This document shows positions 27,940 through 39,800 of a stretch of 64,000 bases of DNA, in pieces; the stretch's first letter is position 1, and each line of letters opens with the position of its first letter. Position numbers and translations under genes: made by a program. The DNA comes from Halodesulfurarchaeum sp. Lineage in GTDB: Archaea > Halobacteriota > Halobacteria > Halobacteriales > Halobacteriaceae. The notes beneath the pieces are model-generated. The model worked only from the letters and a program-made list of their open reading frames with translations. It did not search any database and had not been told where the DNA came from. Where the stretch lies: the NCBI GenBank assembly GCA_034520565.1, contig JAXHNL010000002.1, positions 576,001 through 640,000 of the forward strand. Reading direction: 5' to 3'.

Positions 27940-29775
27940 ATGGCAAATAGCCACAAACTTAACAGGCGCCGTTTTCTCGAAGCCACCGGGGCTGCAGCCC
28001 TCACCGCCAGTATGGCAGGCTGTGCGGGGGATGGGGACGGCGACGGGGAAGAGACGACGACCGAAACGGGTGACGGGGAGTATACGCCCTCGGAGACCTA
28101 TCCGTACGGGGCAAACGAGACCAACGTCGAGGAAGCACAGGCCGTGATGGAGGAGGCCGGGTACGGGCCGGACAACCGGTTCGAACTCGACTGGCTCCAG
28201 TACCAGAGCCCGGCCTGGGAGGAGATGGCCAACACCATTCGCTCCCGGCTGGACTCGGCGTACATCGACATGAACATCAGCGACGCCGACTTCGGAGCGT
28301 TGCTGAATCAGACCGAGCAGGGCAATCACATGGCCTATACGCTGGGTTGGATCGCCGACTACCCGGCACCGCAGAACTTCCTGCAGCTCATCGACCCGGA
28401 GAACACGATCTACGACGCCGAAGGCTATACGCCGAACGGCTCGCGGCTCTTCTGGTCGGAGGACGCACACGGCGATGACCGCATCCGGGAGTACATGACC
28501 GCCCAGTTCGACCGGATCCAGGACAACCCACAGACAACCGACGAAGCTCAAGAGATTCGGAACGACGCGGCCGTCAAAATGGAGCGGGCACTGTGGGATT
28601 CAGCTGGCCTGCTGCCGATCTATCACCGGGTCGACCAGCTCTTCTGGTATGACCACGTCGACTTCGACCCGCCCGGCGGAATGGGCCCATCGCGCGCAAA
28701 AGCGAACACCCATACGAGAGGTCTCGAAGGAAAGGACACGCTGAACGGTATCTCGGCCACGTTTAACTCACTCGACCCGATCGCGTCCGGGAACACGGCA
28801 AGTGGCGGCAAGGTGATGGACATGTTCGACGCCCCGTTCAATTACCACAACGGGACGACGGAGGTCCGCAACCTGCTTGTCGAGGATTATTCGGTCAGCG
28901 AGGACGCGAGGGAGTTCGAGTTCAACCTCAAGGAGGGCGTGCAGTTCCACGGAGATTACGGTGAGGTCACCGCGGACGACATGGTGTACTCGATCCGGCG
29001 GCTCGTGGAATCGCCCAACTCCACGAACACCTACTTCCCATTGAGCGTGCTGGCCATCGACCACGAGACGGACGAGGACGGGAACGTCGTTCCGGACAGC
29101 ACCGCCGTCGAGAAGACCGGCGATTACTCGTTCAGTATCACGCTCCAGGAGCCGTTTGCCTACACGTTCTCGGTCCTGGCCTATTCGGCCTTCTCGGTCG
29201 TTCCGGAGGGTATCGTCGGGGACGTCGAGGGCTACGACGGCGAGATGGAGTGGCAGGAGTTCTCCACGAACCCGGTCGGCTGTGGCCCCTTCGAGTTCGA
29301 GAACTGGGAGTCCGGGACTGGCGGGGAGTTCAGCGCGACCACGTTCGAGGACTACCACGGTCCCGCTCCCGTTATGGACCGGCTCCACGACTCGATCATC
29401 ACCGAACCGTCGGCGATTTACAACTACTTCATCAACGAAAACGCCGACGTGTCCGGGATTCCGACCTCGCAGTACGACCCCGAGTTGATGACCATCGAGA
29501 GCGAGGAAGACGGCCAAGAACTCGGAACCTACGGCCCGATCGGTGATGGCAAGACGGTCAACATGTCCGCGACCCCGTCGATCAACACCTTCTTCGTCGG
29601 ATTCAACATGGAGAAGGTGCCAAAGGCGGTTCGCCAGGCGATGGCCTACGTCATCAACCACGAACAGTTCATCACGAACGTCTTCAAGGAACGCGGTGCG
29701 GGCGCGTTCCACCTGACCCCACCACAGGCGTATCCGGGTGGCGCGGACGGGTACTACGAGAACGTCCCCGAATAA
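27940..29775 (+). CDS. dppA: Peptide ABC transporter substrate-binding Tat lipoprotein (family 5), apparently circularly permuted
   Basis: NRRRFL Tat motif and MAGC lipobox. The family-5 motifs (SLDP, FNLKEGVQFH, PVGCGPFEF, VRQAMAY, LGWIADYP) are present in rearranged order. Confidence 0.9.
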   Translation: MANSHKLNRRRFLEATGAAALTASMAGCAGDGDGDGEETTTETGDGEYTPSETYPYGANETNVEEAQAVMEEAGYGPDNRFELDWLQYQSPAWEEMANTIRSRLDSAYIDMNISDADFGALLNQTEQGNHMAYTLGWIADYPAPQNFLQLIDPENTIYDAEGYTPNGSRLFWSEDAHGDDRIREYMTAQFDRIQDNPQTTDEAQEIRNDAAVKMERALWDSAGLLPIYHRVDQLFWYDHVDFDPPGGMGPSRAKANTHTRGLEGKDTLNGISATFNSLDPIASGNTASGGKVMDMFDAPFNYHNGTTEVRNLLVEDYSVSEDAREFEFNLKEGVQFHGDYGEVTADDMVYSIRRLVESPNSTNTYFPLSVLAIDHETDEDGNVVPDSTAVEKTGDYSFSITLQEPFAYTFSVLAYSAFSVVPEGIVGDVEGYDGEMEWQEFSTNPVGCGPFEFENWESGTGGEFSATTFEDYHGPAPVMDRLHDSIITEPSAIYNYFINENADVSGIPTSQYDPELMTIESEEDGQELGTYGPIGDGKTVNMSATPSINTFFVGFNMEKVPKAVRQAMAYVINHEQFITNVFKERGAGAFHLTPPQAYPGGADGYYENVPE

Positions 29776-30094
29776 GGAAGACGCGAACATTTCGATAGGG
29801 ACACTCCGAGATCTCGCTTTCGTTTCGCCGAACCACGTGCCCCTTCGTGTGGCGTAATCTACTTAACTGATCCAAAAAGATAATCGGTGTCAAGATATGC
29901 CCCGTCAGGTCTCTCGCCCTTCGAACGGCCCCGCCGGGGTCGTTTGGTCCTGCCGTTCTCGGAAGACGATATCGCGTCTCGGGTCTGTGGGACGGAATCG
30001 ACCCGAACGCGAAGCGAATCGTGGACGCCGTCGCTTCGACCTGGCCGTCGGTACGGCGGCAGATCGCCCGCTTTTCCTGCTGTAACCTGAATGC

Positions 30095-31186
30095 ATGAAT
30101 CGCCTCATCTACCTCTTCAAACGTCTCGGGCTCGGCGTTCCGGTCATGCTGTTCGGGCTCACCATCGCCTTCATGGTGATGTATCTGGGCCCGATCGATC
30201 CGGTGTTGACGATTCTGGGCCGTGACGCCGAGCCGATGGCCGCCCGACAGCTGCGAATTCAGCTCGGCATCATCTATCCGAACGGGGACCCGGTTCCGCT
30301 CTGGGACCAGTACCGGATCGTTCTCACCGATCTGTTCACGTTCAACTTCGGTCAGTCCTGGACGATGCAACGGGGCACGTCGGTCGGTCACCTCATCATC
30401 AGGCGCATGCCCGCGACGATCTGGATGGGCTTCTGGTCGGTCGTCATCGCCCTGCTCTTCGGGATCCCGATCGGGCTGTTCGCCGGCCTGCGCTCGAATA
30501 CCTGGTCGGATTACATCTCCTCGGGCTTCGGGATCATCTGGCGGGCGATGCCGAACTTCTGGCTCGCCGTAATGCTGGCGGGTCTCCTCTCGGCTGGTGG
30601 TGCCTTGAGCGCCTACCGGGATTGGTGGATACAGACCGACGTGATCGGGACGCCTGACGCGGTATACCACCTGTTCTCTGCGGTGCACCTCTTCGACGGT
30701 ATCCCCCTGCTGGAGGCGTTGTGGCTGCCCATTCCCAACATCGATCCGATGTTGACCTCCTTCAAGTGGATCCTCCCTGCGGCGTTGGTGCTCGGCTCGG
30801 CGTCGATGGGTAACGAGATCCGTATCGGTCGGACCGCCGTGCTCGAGAGCATCAATTCGAAGTACGTCGAGACCGCCCGGGCGAAGGGACTCTCCGAACG
30901 TCGAATCATCGGCAAACACGTGGGTCGGAACGCTGTCGTCCCGCTCCTTCCGGTCATCATGGGCGAATTTTACCTGCTGATCGGGGGCTCGGTTCTCGTC
31001 GAAAAGGTCTTCTCGATCAACGGGCTGGGGAACATGTTCTTGCGGTCGGTTCTCGGCCCGGACATCCCGCTCGTGATGGCACTCGTGTTCTTTTTCATCA
31101 TCTTCCAGATCCTCTTTAACATCACACAGGACCTGCTATACACGTTCATCGACCCCCGAATCACCCTGGAGGCTGCAGAGAGGTAA
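30095..31186 (+). CDS. dppB: Peptide ABC transporter permease
   Basis: Motifs MPNFWL, YVETARAKGLS, VEKVFSINGLG and IDPRI. Confidence 0.92.
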   Translation: MNRLIYLFKRLGLGVPVMLFGLTIAFMVMYLGPIDPVLTILGRDAEPMAARQLRIQLGIIYPNGDPVPLWDQYRIVLTDLFTFNFGQSWTMQRGTSVGHLIIRRMPATIWMGFWSVVIALLFGIPIGLFAGLRSNTWSDYISSGFGIIWRAMPNFWLAVMLAGLLSAGGALSAYRDWWIQTDVIGTPDAVYHLFSAVHLFDGIPLLEALWLPIPNIDPMLTSFKWILPAALVLGSASMGNEIRIGRTAVLESINSKYVETARAKGLSERRIIGKHVGRNAVVPLLPVIMGEFYLLIGGSVLVEKVFSINGLGNMFLRSVLGPDIPLVMALVFFFIIFQILFNITQDLLYTFIDPRITLEAAER

Positions 31187-31188
31187 CG

Positions 31189-32736
31189 ATGGTCGAGGAA
31201 GACATCTCCACGACGCGTGCGGAACTGACCGCCACGGACAAACCGTCCCTTCGCGAGCGTTTCGCGGAGAACCCGGATCCTGCGCTTCGGTGGGGGGCGG
31301 TGATGGCGCTGTTGCTGCTCGTCGAGATCTTCACCTTTGCGGAAATTGCGGTCACGCTCGTCCAGGCCGCAGTCGTCGCGACGACCGGACTCATCGACGT
31401 CGTCGTGGGCCTGGTTTCGCCGGCCGCCGCGGGCGCTGTCGTGGACGTGCAACTTGTCATCACGGGCTTTCTCGACGGCATCAGGGCCTTCTTCGAGCAA
31501 CTCCCGACGCTGCTCGGTCGCGAGGTCATTCCGAACCAGGGGTACCAGACCGGCCCGGACGGCCCGTGGGTCGGCACGTTCCTCGGTCTCGAACCGGCGA
31601 TCGCCTGGGCGATCCGGTTCACCCTGCTGGTCGCCTACTCCCTCTTTTTCGCCTACTGGGCCTTTCAGGGGTGGGTCGTTTTCAAGGAACACTACCGCCA
31701 TGCCGGCTGGACCCCGACCGACGACATGGTCCGTCGGCTCGACGGGCATCGCTGGGGACAGTTCGGCATCCTCGTTCTCGTCCTGTTCCTCATGATGGCG
31801 ACCTTCGGCCCGGCATTGGGGCCCACCACGGTGGAGCAGAACATCCAGAGTCCCTACAGCCACGAGGTGAAGTACTTCGACGCGGAAACCGGCGAGGTCC
31901 AGACGATCACGGCGGGAGAAGCAAACTTCGAATCCAAGTCGAAAGGGACGGTCGACCAGAACGTCGGGCCGATGGAGTACGACGAGTATAGCCGGTTCCA
32001 TCCCTTTGGTACCCTGCCGAACGGTCGTGACCTGTTTACCTTCATGATGGGTGGCGCACGAATCTCGATCATCGTCGCCGGGATGGCGATCGGCATCGCC
32101 TCCCTGATCGCAGCGACGCTGTCGATGATATCCGCCTACTACACCGGGTGGGTGGATCTCACGATCCTCACCACTGCGGAAGGGGTGATGTCGATCCCTC
32201 GGCTCCTCCTCCTGATCATGGTGAGCGTGGTGTTTGCCGAGCACTGGCTGGGGGCGGTACTCGATGGGGGGTTCCTTTTGGCGCTGATCTTCGCCCTCAC
32301 CACCTGGCCGTTCCTCTGGCGGGCGGTTCGGGGCCCAGCTCTCCAGGTATCCGAGGAGGGCTGGATCCAGGCGGCAAAGAGCTTCGGACAGAAGCCCCGC
32401 CGGATCATGCGCAAGCACATGCTTCCCTACATCGTCGGCTACCTGATGGTCTATGCCTCCATGTCCACTGGCGGGATCATCATCGGCCTGGCGGCCCTGT
32501 CCTTCCTGGGTAACGGACTCGGAATCAATCCGCCAACGCCGGCGTGGGGCCGAGCGGTCTCGCTCGGCCAGCCGTACGTCTCCGGGCTGTCCTGGCACAT
32601 CTCCTTCATCCCGGGGGTCATCATCGTCCTCCTCGTGACCGGGCTGAACGCCTTCGGTGACGGGATTCGCGACGCGATCGACCCCGAGACCGAAGGGGCC
32701 GACACCGAGGAAGCGACCGTCGGGGGTGGTGGATGA
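31189..32736 (+). CDS. dppC: Peptide ABC transporter permease
   Basis: Motifs HPFGTLPNGRDLF, AAKSFG, LSFLG and FGDGIRDAIDP. Confidence 0.92.
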   Translation: MVEEDISTTRAELTATDKPSLRERFAENPDPALRWGAVMALLLLVEIFTFAEIAVTLVQAAVVATTGLIDVVVGLVSPAAAGAVVDVQLVITGFLDGIRAFFEQLPTLLGREVIPNQGYQTGPDGPWVGTFLGLEPAIAWAIRFTLLVAYSLFFAYWAFQGWVVFKEHYRHAGWTPTDDMVRRLDGHRWGQFGILVLVLFLMMATFGPALGPTTVEQNIQSPYSHEVKYFDAETGEVQTITAGEANFESKSKGTVDQNVGPMEYDEYSRFHPFGTLPNGRDLFTFMMGGARISIIVAGMAIGIASLIAATLSMISAYYTGWVDLTILTTAEGVMSIPRLLLLIMVSVVFAEHWLGAVLDGGFLLALIFALTTWPFLWRAVRGPALQVSEEGWIQAAKSFGQKPRRIMRKHMLPYIVGYLMVYASMSTGGIIIGLAALSFLGNGLGINPPTPAWGRAVSLGQPYVSGLSWHISFIPGVIIVLLVTGLNAFGDGIRDAIDPETEGADTEEATVGGGG

Positions 32737-33797
32737 TGAGCGAGAACGACGTGATCCTCTCGGTGCGGAACCTGGAGACGGTCTTCTACACGGAACACGA
32801 GACCATCAGGGCCGTCGACGACATCAGCTTTGACGTCCGGCGTGGCGAGACGGTCGGGATCGTCGGCGAATCGGGCTCCGGGAAGAGCGTGACCGCCCGG
32901 TCGATCATGGGAATGATCGAATCGCCCGGTCGGATTCTGGACGGGTCCTCGATCGAGTTCGAGGGCCGAGAACTGACCGAGTTGACGAACAAGGAGTACC
33001 GCTCCGTGCGGGGCAGCGGCATCGGTATGGTTTTCCAGGATCCACGGAACTCGTTGAACCCAGTATATACGATCGGGAACCAGATCAAGGAGTCGCTGAA
33101 GGTCAACCGGGGGATCACCGGGAAACGGGCGACCCGGGAAGCGATCGACCTCCTCGAGGCCGTGGGTATCCCGGACGCCGAACGCCGCCTGGGCGAGTAT
33201 CCCCACGAATTCTCCGGTGGGATGAACCAGCGGGCGGTCATCGCGATGATGCTCGCCTGCGAGCCGGAGTTCCTCATCGTCGACGAGCCGACCACGGCCC
33301 TCGACGTAACCATCCAGGCTCAGATTTTGGACCTGCTCAAGGAACTTCAGGAAGAGCGGAACCTCTCGATCCTCTTCATCACCCACGACATGGGAGTCAT
33401 CGCGGACATCTCCGACCGAGTCAACGTCATGTACGCCGGACAGATCGTCGAATCGGCGCCCGTCGAGTCGCTGTTCGCGAACCCGAAACACCCCTACACG
33501 CAGGCGCTCATCGAGACGATCCCCGGCGAGCACACCCGCGAGGAGGGATTGCGAACGATCGAGGGCGAGGTCCCGACGCCGAACGAACCGGCCACCTATT
33601 GCCGGTTTGCGCCCCGGTGTCCGGAAGCCTTCGACGCCTGTGATCACACGCCACCGCAACACGTGGCTGCAGGGGAGAGCGAGGAACACACCGCGTCCTG
33701 TCTGCTGTATCCAGCGGACCTGGACGAGGCCGGGCGAATCGAACATCACGAAGCACTCTTCGAGGAACCCGCAGGGAATGGGGGGCTCGATCGATGA
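32733..33797 (+). CDS. dppD: Peptide ABC transporter ATP-binding protein
   Basis: Motifs GESGSGKS, FSGGMNQR and DEPTTALD, plus C-terminal CRFAPRC. Confidence 0.94.
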   Translation: MMSENDVILSVRNLETVFYTEHETIRAVDDISFDVRRGETVGIVGESGSGKSVTARSIMGMIESPGRILDGSSIEFEGRELTELTNKEYRSVRGSGIGMVFQDPRNSLNPVYTIGNQIKESLKVNRGITGKRATREAIDLLEAVGIPDAERRLGEYPHEFSGGMNQRAVIAMMLACEPEFLIVDEPTTALDVTIQAQILDLLKELQEERNLSILFITHDMGVIADISDRVNVMYAGQIVESAPVESLFANPKHPYTQALIETIPGEHTREEGLRTIEGEVPTPNEPATYCRFAPRCPEAFDACDHTPPQHVAAGESEEHTASCLLYPADLDEAGRIEHHEALFEEPAGNGGLDR

Positions 33798-35122
33798 GCG
33801 AGAACGACCTCCGTCCGGACAGCACCGTTGCCAAGGGAAAGCCGATGGTCGAGGTTACGAACCTGAAGAAACACTACGGTGGCGACGGGATTTTCGCCGG
33901 CCCGCCGGTCAAGGCCGTCGACGGCGTGGATCTCACCATCGATCGGGGGGAAACGTTGGGCCTGGTGGGCGAATCCGGCTGTGGGAAAAGTACGCTCGGC
34001 CGAACGCTGATCAGACTCGAACGGGCGACGGAAGGGTCGGTCGTGTTCGACGGGACCGACATCACGACGCTCTCCGGCGGTGATCTTCACGACTGGCGGA
34101 AGAACGCCCAGATGGTCTTTCAGGATCCCCAGTCGAGCCTCGACGATCGGATGACGGTGGGCGAAATCATTCGGGAACCCCTCGACGCCCACGGCTGGGG
34201 AACGGATGCCGACCGGAAAGAGCGCGTCCTCGACCTGTTACAGGACGTGGGCCTCCAGGAGGAGCATTACTACCGGTATCCCAAACAGTTCTCCGGCGGG
34301 CAGCGTCAACGGATCGGCATCGCCCGTGCGCTGGCACTCGAGCCGGAATTTATCGTCCTCGACGAGCCGGTCAGCGCCCTCGACGTGAGCGTGCAGGCCA
34401 AGATCATTAGCCTGCTCGAGCGGCTCCAGGACGAGTTCGACCTGACTTACCTCTTCATCGCCCACGACCTCTCGGTCGTCCGCCACATCACGGACCGCGT
34501 CGCGGTCATGTACCTGGGCAAGATCATGGAACTGGGCGAAACGGAGGAACTGTTCCAGAATCCGGCGAACCCGTACACACGATCCCTGCTCTCGGCGATC
34601 CCGGTGCCGGATCCCACGGCGACGAGCCACCGGATCATGCTCCCGGGCTCGCCACCGAGCCCACGCGATCCGCCGAAAGGCTGCCAGTTCTCGACCCGTT
34701 GTCCGGCGAAGATTCGCCCGGAGGGCTATGACCTTCCCGAGGAGGCCTGGGACGGGATCGAGCGCTTCCGGGAAATCGTCCGGGAACGGTCACGGCTCGA
34801 TCTGGGCGTGCCGGACCTCGTCAAACGTCAGGCGGGGCTGTTCTCGCGGTACGACGACATCGACAATACCCTCGAGGACCTCTTCGAGGGGGTCGAATTG
34901 ACCCCGGAGGTCGAGGAGATCATCGAGACCGCCGCAAATCGAGTCAAGGCGGGCTACCCGGCCGAGGCGCGGAAACACCTCAGCACGGCGTTCAACAGCG
35001 TGTGTGACGTCGAAACCCCCGAATACTACGACGTGAGCTCCTCGGGGAGACAGAGCTACTGTCACCGTCACGGTCTGGAGTACGAGGACGTGGGTCCAGT
35101 ACTGGACCGTCGAACCCGATGA
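33794..35122 (+). CDS. dppF: Peptide ABC transporter ATP-binding protein
   Basis: Motifs [16 protein letters not shown] and DEPVSALD. Confidence 0.94.
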   Translation: MSENDLRPDSTVAKGKPMVEVTNLKKHYGGDGIFAGPPVKAVDGVDLTIDRGETLGLVGESGCGKSTLGRTLIRLERATEGSVVFDGTDITTLSGGDLHDWRKNAQMVFQDPQSSLDDRMTVGEIIREPLDAHGWGTDADRKERVLDLLQDVGLQEEHYYRYPKQFSGGQRQRIGIARALALEPEFIVLDEPVSALDVSVQAKIISLLERLQDEFDLTYLFIAHDLSVVRHITDRVAVMYLGKIMELGETEELFQNPANPYTRSLLSAIPVPDPTATSHRIMLPGSPPSPRDPPKGCQFSTRCPAKIRPEGYDLPEEAWDGIERFREIVRERSRLDLGVPDLVKRQAGLFSRYDDIDNTLEDLFEGVELTPEVEEIIETAANRVKAGYPAEARKHLSTAFNSVCDVETPEYYDVSSSGRQSYCHRHGLEYEDVGPVLDRRTR

Positions 35123-35520
35123 GTACCCGTCTCCGGGCACTCGAAGCCGTGTACTGGGTTTTCGGTGGGACGACCGTGGCCATTCTGGGACTCGGTGTGC
35201 TCGCGTTCGTCGTCGGCGACGGGCTGCTCACGCTCAAGTACCTGCTCTTCGTCGTCGGCTTCCTCCTCTTCGGCGTCGGAAGCTTCGCGCTCTGGCGAGG
35301 GACGCGGCGTCGGCCGACGATCTGGCCCTCGATGGACGTGGGCCCAGACACGACCGACGAAATCGGCCTCGAGCGACGACTCTGGGAGCTTCCCGGTCTG
35401 CGTGGCGAATATCTTCCCCCGTCGGATCGCGTTTCACGCCCCGTCAAGCTGTTTCTCACCGGCGTTTTCGTGCTTGCCGTCTCCTACGTGATGGAGGCAG
35501 TCTTCGGCATCAGCGTGTAG
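35119..35520 (+). CDS. Small membrane protein ending the dpp operon
   Basis: ATGA overlap with dppF; three hydrophobic segments. Confidence 0.75.
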   Translation: MSTRLRALEAVYWVFGGTTVAILGLGVLAFVVGDGLLTLKYLLFVVGFLLFGVGSFALWRGTRRRPTIWPSMDVGPDTTDEIGLERRLWELPGLRGEYLPPSDRVSRPVKLFLTGVFVLAVSYVMEAVFGISV

Positions 35521-35608
35521 CTCCCACCTTTTATACCGGCCCAATCCCTTTGGGAATTCATGACTGAGAATCGGGCCGAACGGCTCCGAGCCCGGGGAAG
35601 CAGAACGG

Positions 35609-36112
35609 ATGGCAGCGACGAGCGACCAGGCGAAGTCGGGGTGGGGTCAGACCCTCGAAGACATGCGGGCGATGGCACGAAACCGGGAGGACGCCGGCTA
35701 CGAGACGCTCACGTTCCAGGCGGGAAACACCGCACCGAAAGGTCCAGACCAGGGTGACACCGACCGGTGGGGACTGTTTTACATCATTCCCGGCGACGAC
35801 GCAACGTCGTTCCAGAACGCACTGGAGCGAGCGGACTTCGACGAAACCGCGGTGTATCAGACCGCGATCGGCAGATACGCGTTTCTCGTGACCGAAGTCG
35901 TCGATCACGACGAAACGCTCGATCTCATGATCGCCGGGAGTTACCGCCGTGATGCAGCCTCGCCCCTGGTCCGGGCCGCGTTGGACCGCGACCGGATGTA
36001 TTCTCACGTGCGAACACTCGACGGCACGCATCTGGGAACGATCGAACACGACGACCCGGCGGCGTTTTTCCCCGACCCGGACGCGATTCACGCTTACGAG
36101 TATCGCCCGTAA
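35609..36112 (+). CDS. Hypothetical protein
   Basis: Acidic composition, host-like codon usage, and a TTTTAT box upstream. Confidence 0.75.
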   Translation: MAATSDQAKSGWGQTLEDMRAMARNREDAGYETLTFQAGNTAPKGPDQGDTDRWGLFYIIPGDDATSFQNALERADFDETAVYQTAIGRYAFLVTEVVDHDETLDLMIAGSYRRDAASPLVRAALDRDRMYSHVRTLDGTHLGTIEHDDPAAFFPDPDAIHAYEYRP

Positions 36113-36192
36113 CTCGCTGCTATTTGTTGGGGATCTGCTCTCTCTCCGATCCGATACCGTTAAATAACGGGTGAGACGTCATACCACACGTC

Positions 36193-36363
36193 ATGGTGTC
36201 CAATGCCACGTCCATGGCCGCCACGGAACGGACCCCAGAGGTCATGGCAGCCGTCGAGGAGGACGATTCGGAGTCGCGGTACGTCATCGCGGACATTTCA
36301 CGGGATGCGGCCTGGGTAACGGCCGCAATGGACGCGACACTCGACCTCGATGCGTGGCGATAG
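36193..36363 (+). CDS. Small hypothetical protein (56 aa)
   Basis: Not in the ORF track. Translates as MVSNATSMAATERTPEVMAAVEEDDSESRYVIADISRDAAWVTAAMDATLDLDAWR, with a TTAAATA box about 25 bp upstream. Confidence 0.7.
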   Translation: MVSNATSMAATERTPEVMAAVEEDDSESRYVIADISRDAAWVTAAMDATLDLDAWR

Positions 36364-36399
36364 GCCACCTTTTTGCCGACTGACCCCGTCCCCGTTCGT

Positions 36400-36819
36400 A
36401 TGCACGCAAGGGAGGTGAGCCCGGATCGAACCCTGCTCGTCGAGTTCGCCTACGACGAGTCGCTCCGCTCCGAACTCCGGGCGTTCGCCGACGCGGCCGA
36501 GATCGAGTCCGCCTGGGTCCTCGGGACGGGGGCCCTCCGCTCGGCCGAACTGGCCGTCTACGACCAGGACGACCTCGAATCACGGCTGGTTTCCTACGAC
36601 GAGCCGCTCGAGATGCCGCTTTTCACCGGCACGGTCACGACCGGGGACACTCCAGATGTCCAGCTGCAGGCCGTCCTCGCCCGCCCCTCCGGCCAGGCGC
36701 TCGCCGGACGGCTCGACTCGGCGACTGTCTTCTTCGGACAGGCGCTCGTGTGGACTTTCGAGGAATCGCTCGACCGGGAACGGGACCCCGACACGGGGAT
36801 GGACCGGCTCGCCCTGTAA
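36400..36819 (+). CDS. PPC/DUF296-domain protein
   Basis: GTGALRSAELAVYDQ...PLE...LARPSGQALAGRL. Adjacent to polC. Confidence 0.8.
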   Translation: MHAREVSPDRTLLVEFAYDESLRSELRAFADAAEIESAWVLGTGALRSAELAVYDQDDLESRLVSYDEPLEMPLFTGTVTTGDTPDVQLQAVLARPSGQALAGRLDSATVFFGQALVWTFEESLDRERDPDTGMDRLAL

Positions 36820-39800
36820 ATGCGCGAGATCGATTCCGCCTACTTCGCCGAACTCGAATCCCGGCTCCAGCGGGCCATCTCGGTCGCCGAACGCGCCCGC
36901 GAGAACGGCGGGGATCCGGTTCCCGAGGTCGAGATCCCCGTCGCGACGGACATGGCCGACCGCGTCGAGAACATTCTCGGTATCGACGGGGTCGCCGAGC
37001 GGGTGCGGGACCTCGAGGACGACTATTCCCGCGAGCGGGCCGCGCTCGTGCTCGTCGAGGACTTCGTCGAGGGAAGCGTCGGCGACTACGAGACCCGCGA
37101 GGGAAAAGTCGAGGGTGCGGTCCGGACGGCGGTCGCCCTGCTCACCGAGGGCGTGGTCGCCGCACCGATCGAGGGGATCGACCGGGTCGAACTGCGCCAG
37201 AACGACGACGGGTCGGAGTTCGTTGCGGTCTCGTATGCCGGGCCGATCCGGTCGGCCGGCGGGACCGCCCAGGCGCTCTCCGTGCTCGTCGCCGACTACG
37301 CCCGGGCACTGCTCGGGATCGAGGCTTATCACCCCCGCGAGGCGGAGGTCGAGCGGTACGCCGAGGAGGTCGCCCTCTACGACCAGGAGACCGGCCTGCA
37401 GTACACCCCCTCGGACGCGGAGGCCAAACACATCGCCCGGAACGTGCCGATCATGCTCGACGGCGAGGCCACTGGCGAGCGCGAGGTCTCCGGGTTCCGG
37501 GACCTCGAGCGGGTCGACACGAACCGCTCGCGGGGTGGCATGTGCCTGGTTCTGGCGGAGGGGATCGCACTCAAGGCCCCGAAGATCAAGCGGTACACCG
37601 ACGAACTGAGCGAGGTCGAGTGGCCGTGGCTCCAGTCGCTCATCGACGGCGATCTCGGTGCCGAGACCGATTCGGCCGACGCGCCTCCCGAACCCGCCGA
37701 GGAGGCCGGTTCTGACGACTCCGTTGGCCCGCCACGGGTGGAGCCCTCGGGGAAGTACCTCCGGGACCTCATCGCCGGTCGCCCCGTCTTTTCCCACCCG
37801 AGCGAGCCAGGCGGGTTCAGGCTCCGCTACGGCCGGGCGCGAAATCACGGTTTCGCGACTGCTGGGGTCCACCCGGCGACGATGCACCTCGTCGATGACT
37901 TTCTCGCGACGGGGACCCAGATCAAGACCGAACGACCGGGCAAGGCCGCCGGCGTCGTGCCCGTGGATTCGATCGAGGGGCCGACGGTCAAACTCGCGAA
38001 CGGCGACGTGCGCCGGATCGACGACCCGGCAGAGGCCCTCGAGGTGCGAAACGGTGTCGAGGCGATCCTCGACGTGGGCGAGTATCTCGTGAACTACGGC
38101 GAGTTCGTCGAGAACAACCAGCCCCTGGCCCCCGCGTCCTACACCGTCGAGTGGTGGGAAAAAGACATGGCCGCCGCGGGGGCCAACGTCCAGGCACTCG
38201 AGGACTCGCCCTACGTCGACCTCGAACACCCCGATCCCGAACAGGCGCTCAACTGGGCCCGGGACCACGCATCCCCCCTGCACCCCGAGTACACCTACCT
38301 CTACCACGACATCGACGCCGAAGCGTTCGACGAACTCGCCGACGCCCTCGCCAGCGGTTCGATCGTCGAGGACACCCTGCAGGTCCCACGAACGGAGTCG
38401 GTTCGCGAGATCCTCGAGGTGCTTCTCGTCCCCCACCACCAGTCAGTCGAGACGCTCGAAATCGAGGACTGGCGGCCGCTCGTTCGAACGGTGGGCATCA
38501 CCACCGATCTCGACCGCGAGTGGGAGTTCGCCGACCTCCCCGAGTCGGCCCGCGAGTGGGACAACGCCATGAAGGCAATCGAGGAGGTCGCCCCCTTCGC
38601 GGTTCGCGAGCGGGCCCCGACCCGCATCGGGAACCGGATGGGCCGGCCGGAGAAGTCCGAATCGCGGGATCTGAGCCCGGCGGTCCACACGCTCTTTCCC
38701 ATCGGTGACGCCGGCGGCGACCAGCGGGACGTCGGTAAGGCAGCCGCGTCGGGCGACGAACTCGACGGCAGCCAGGGCACCGTCGAGGTGGAACTCGGCA
38801 CCCGGGAGTGCCCCGCCTGCGGCACCGAGACGTACAGGCCCCGCTGTGAGGACTGTGGCACCCAGACCCGCCCGGTGTTCGAGTGCCCCGAGTGCGACAT
38901 CGGGTCGAACCGGACGACGGCGGCCGGGTCGAGTGCCCACGGTGTGAGCGAGAACTCTCGAACGTCGAGTTCCGGACCGTCGACGTCGGGGCCGAGTTCC
39001 GGGACGCCCTGGCCGCCCTTGGCGAGCGCGAGAACGCCTTCGACATCGTGAAAGGTGTCAAGGGCCTTATGTCGGCGACGAAGGTTCCCGAGCCGATGGA
39101 GAAGGGGATTCTCCGGGCCAAACACGGCGTGACGGCGTTCAAGGACGGGACGGTCCGCTACGACATGACCGACCTGCCGGTGACGACGGTCCGCCCGGCC
39201 GAACTCGACGTGACGGTGGACGATTTCCGCGAGCTGGGCTACGAGGAGGACGTCAACGGCGAACCGCTGGAGCATGCCGACCAGCTCGTGGAGTTGCGAG
39301 TGCAGGACGTCGTGCTCTCGGATGGGGCCGCCGAGCATATGCTCAAGACCGCCTCGTTCGTCGACGAACTCCTCACGGATTACTACGATCTCGATCCCTT
39401 CTACGAACTCGACGACCGCGAGGATCTGGTCGGCGAGCTGGTGTTCGGGATGGCCCCACACACCAGCGCGGCGGTCGTGGGCCGGGTCGTTGGATTTACT
39501 TCCGCTGCGGTGGGCTACGCGCATCCGTACTTTCACGCCTCGAAGCGGCGGAATTGCTTCCATCCGGAGACGAAAATCTGGTTCGAGGACGAGGATGGTG
39601 TGTGGCGTCACGAGACGATCGAGTCGGTGGTAGAAGGCCGGCTCGAAGACCCTCTGGAAGACGATTTTGGAACACTGGTCGAGGAGATCGGTGGCGAGAT
39701 TCGTGTCCCATCGATCGAAAAAGACGGAACGCCCACGCTGGAGCCAGTCTCGGCCATTTCGAAACACCGTTCGTCCGACCACCTTCTCGAAATAGAACTG

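Noticed and set aside
38895-38910. Programmed frameshift or natural split in polC
   Set aside because: No slippery heptamer is present, and four similar indels nearby favour sequencing error.
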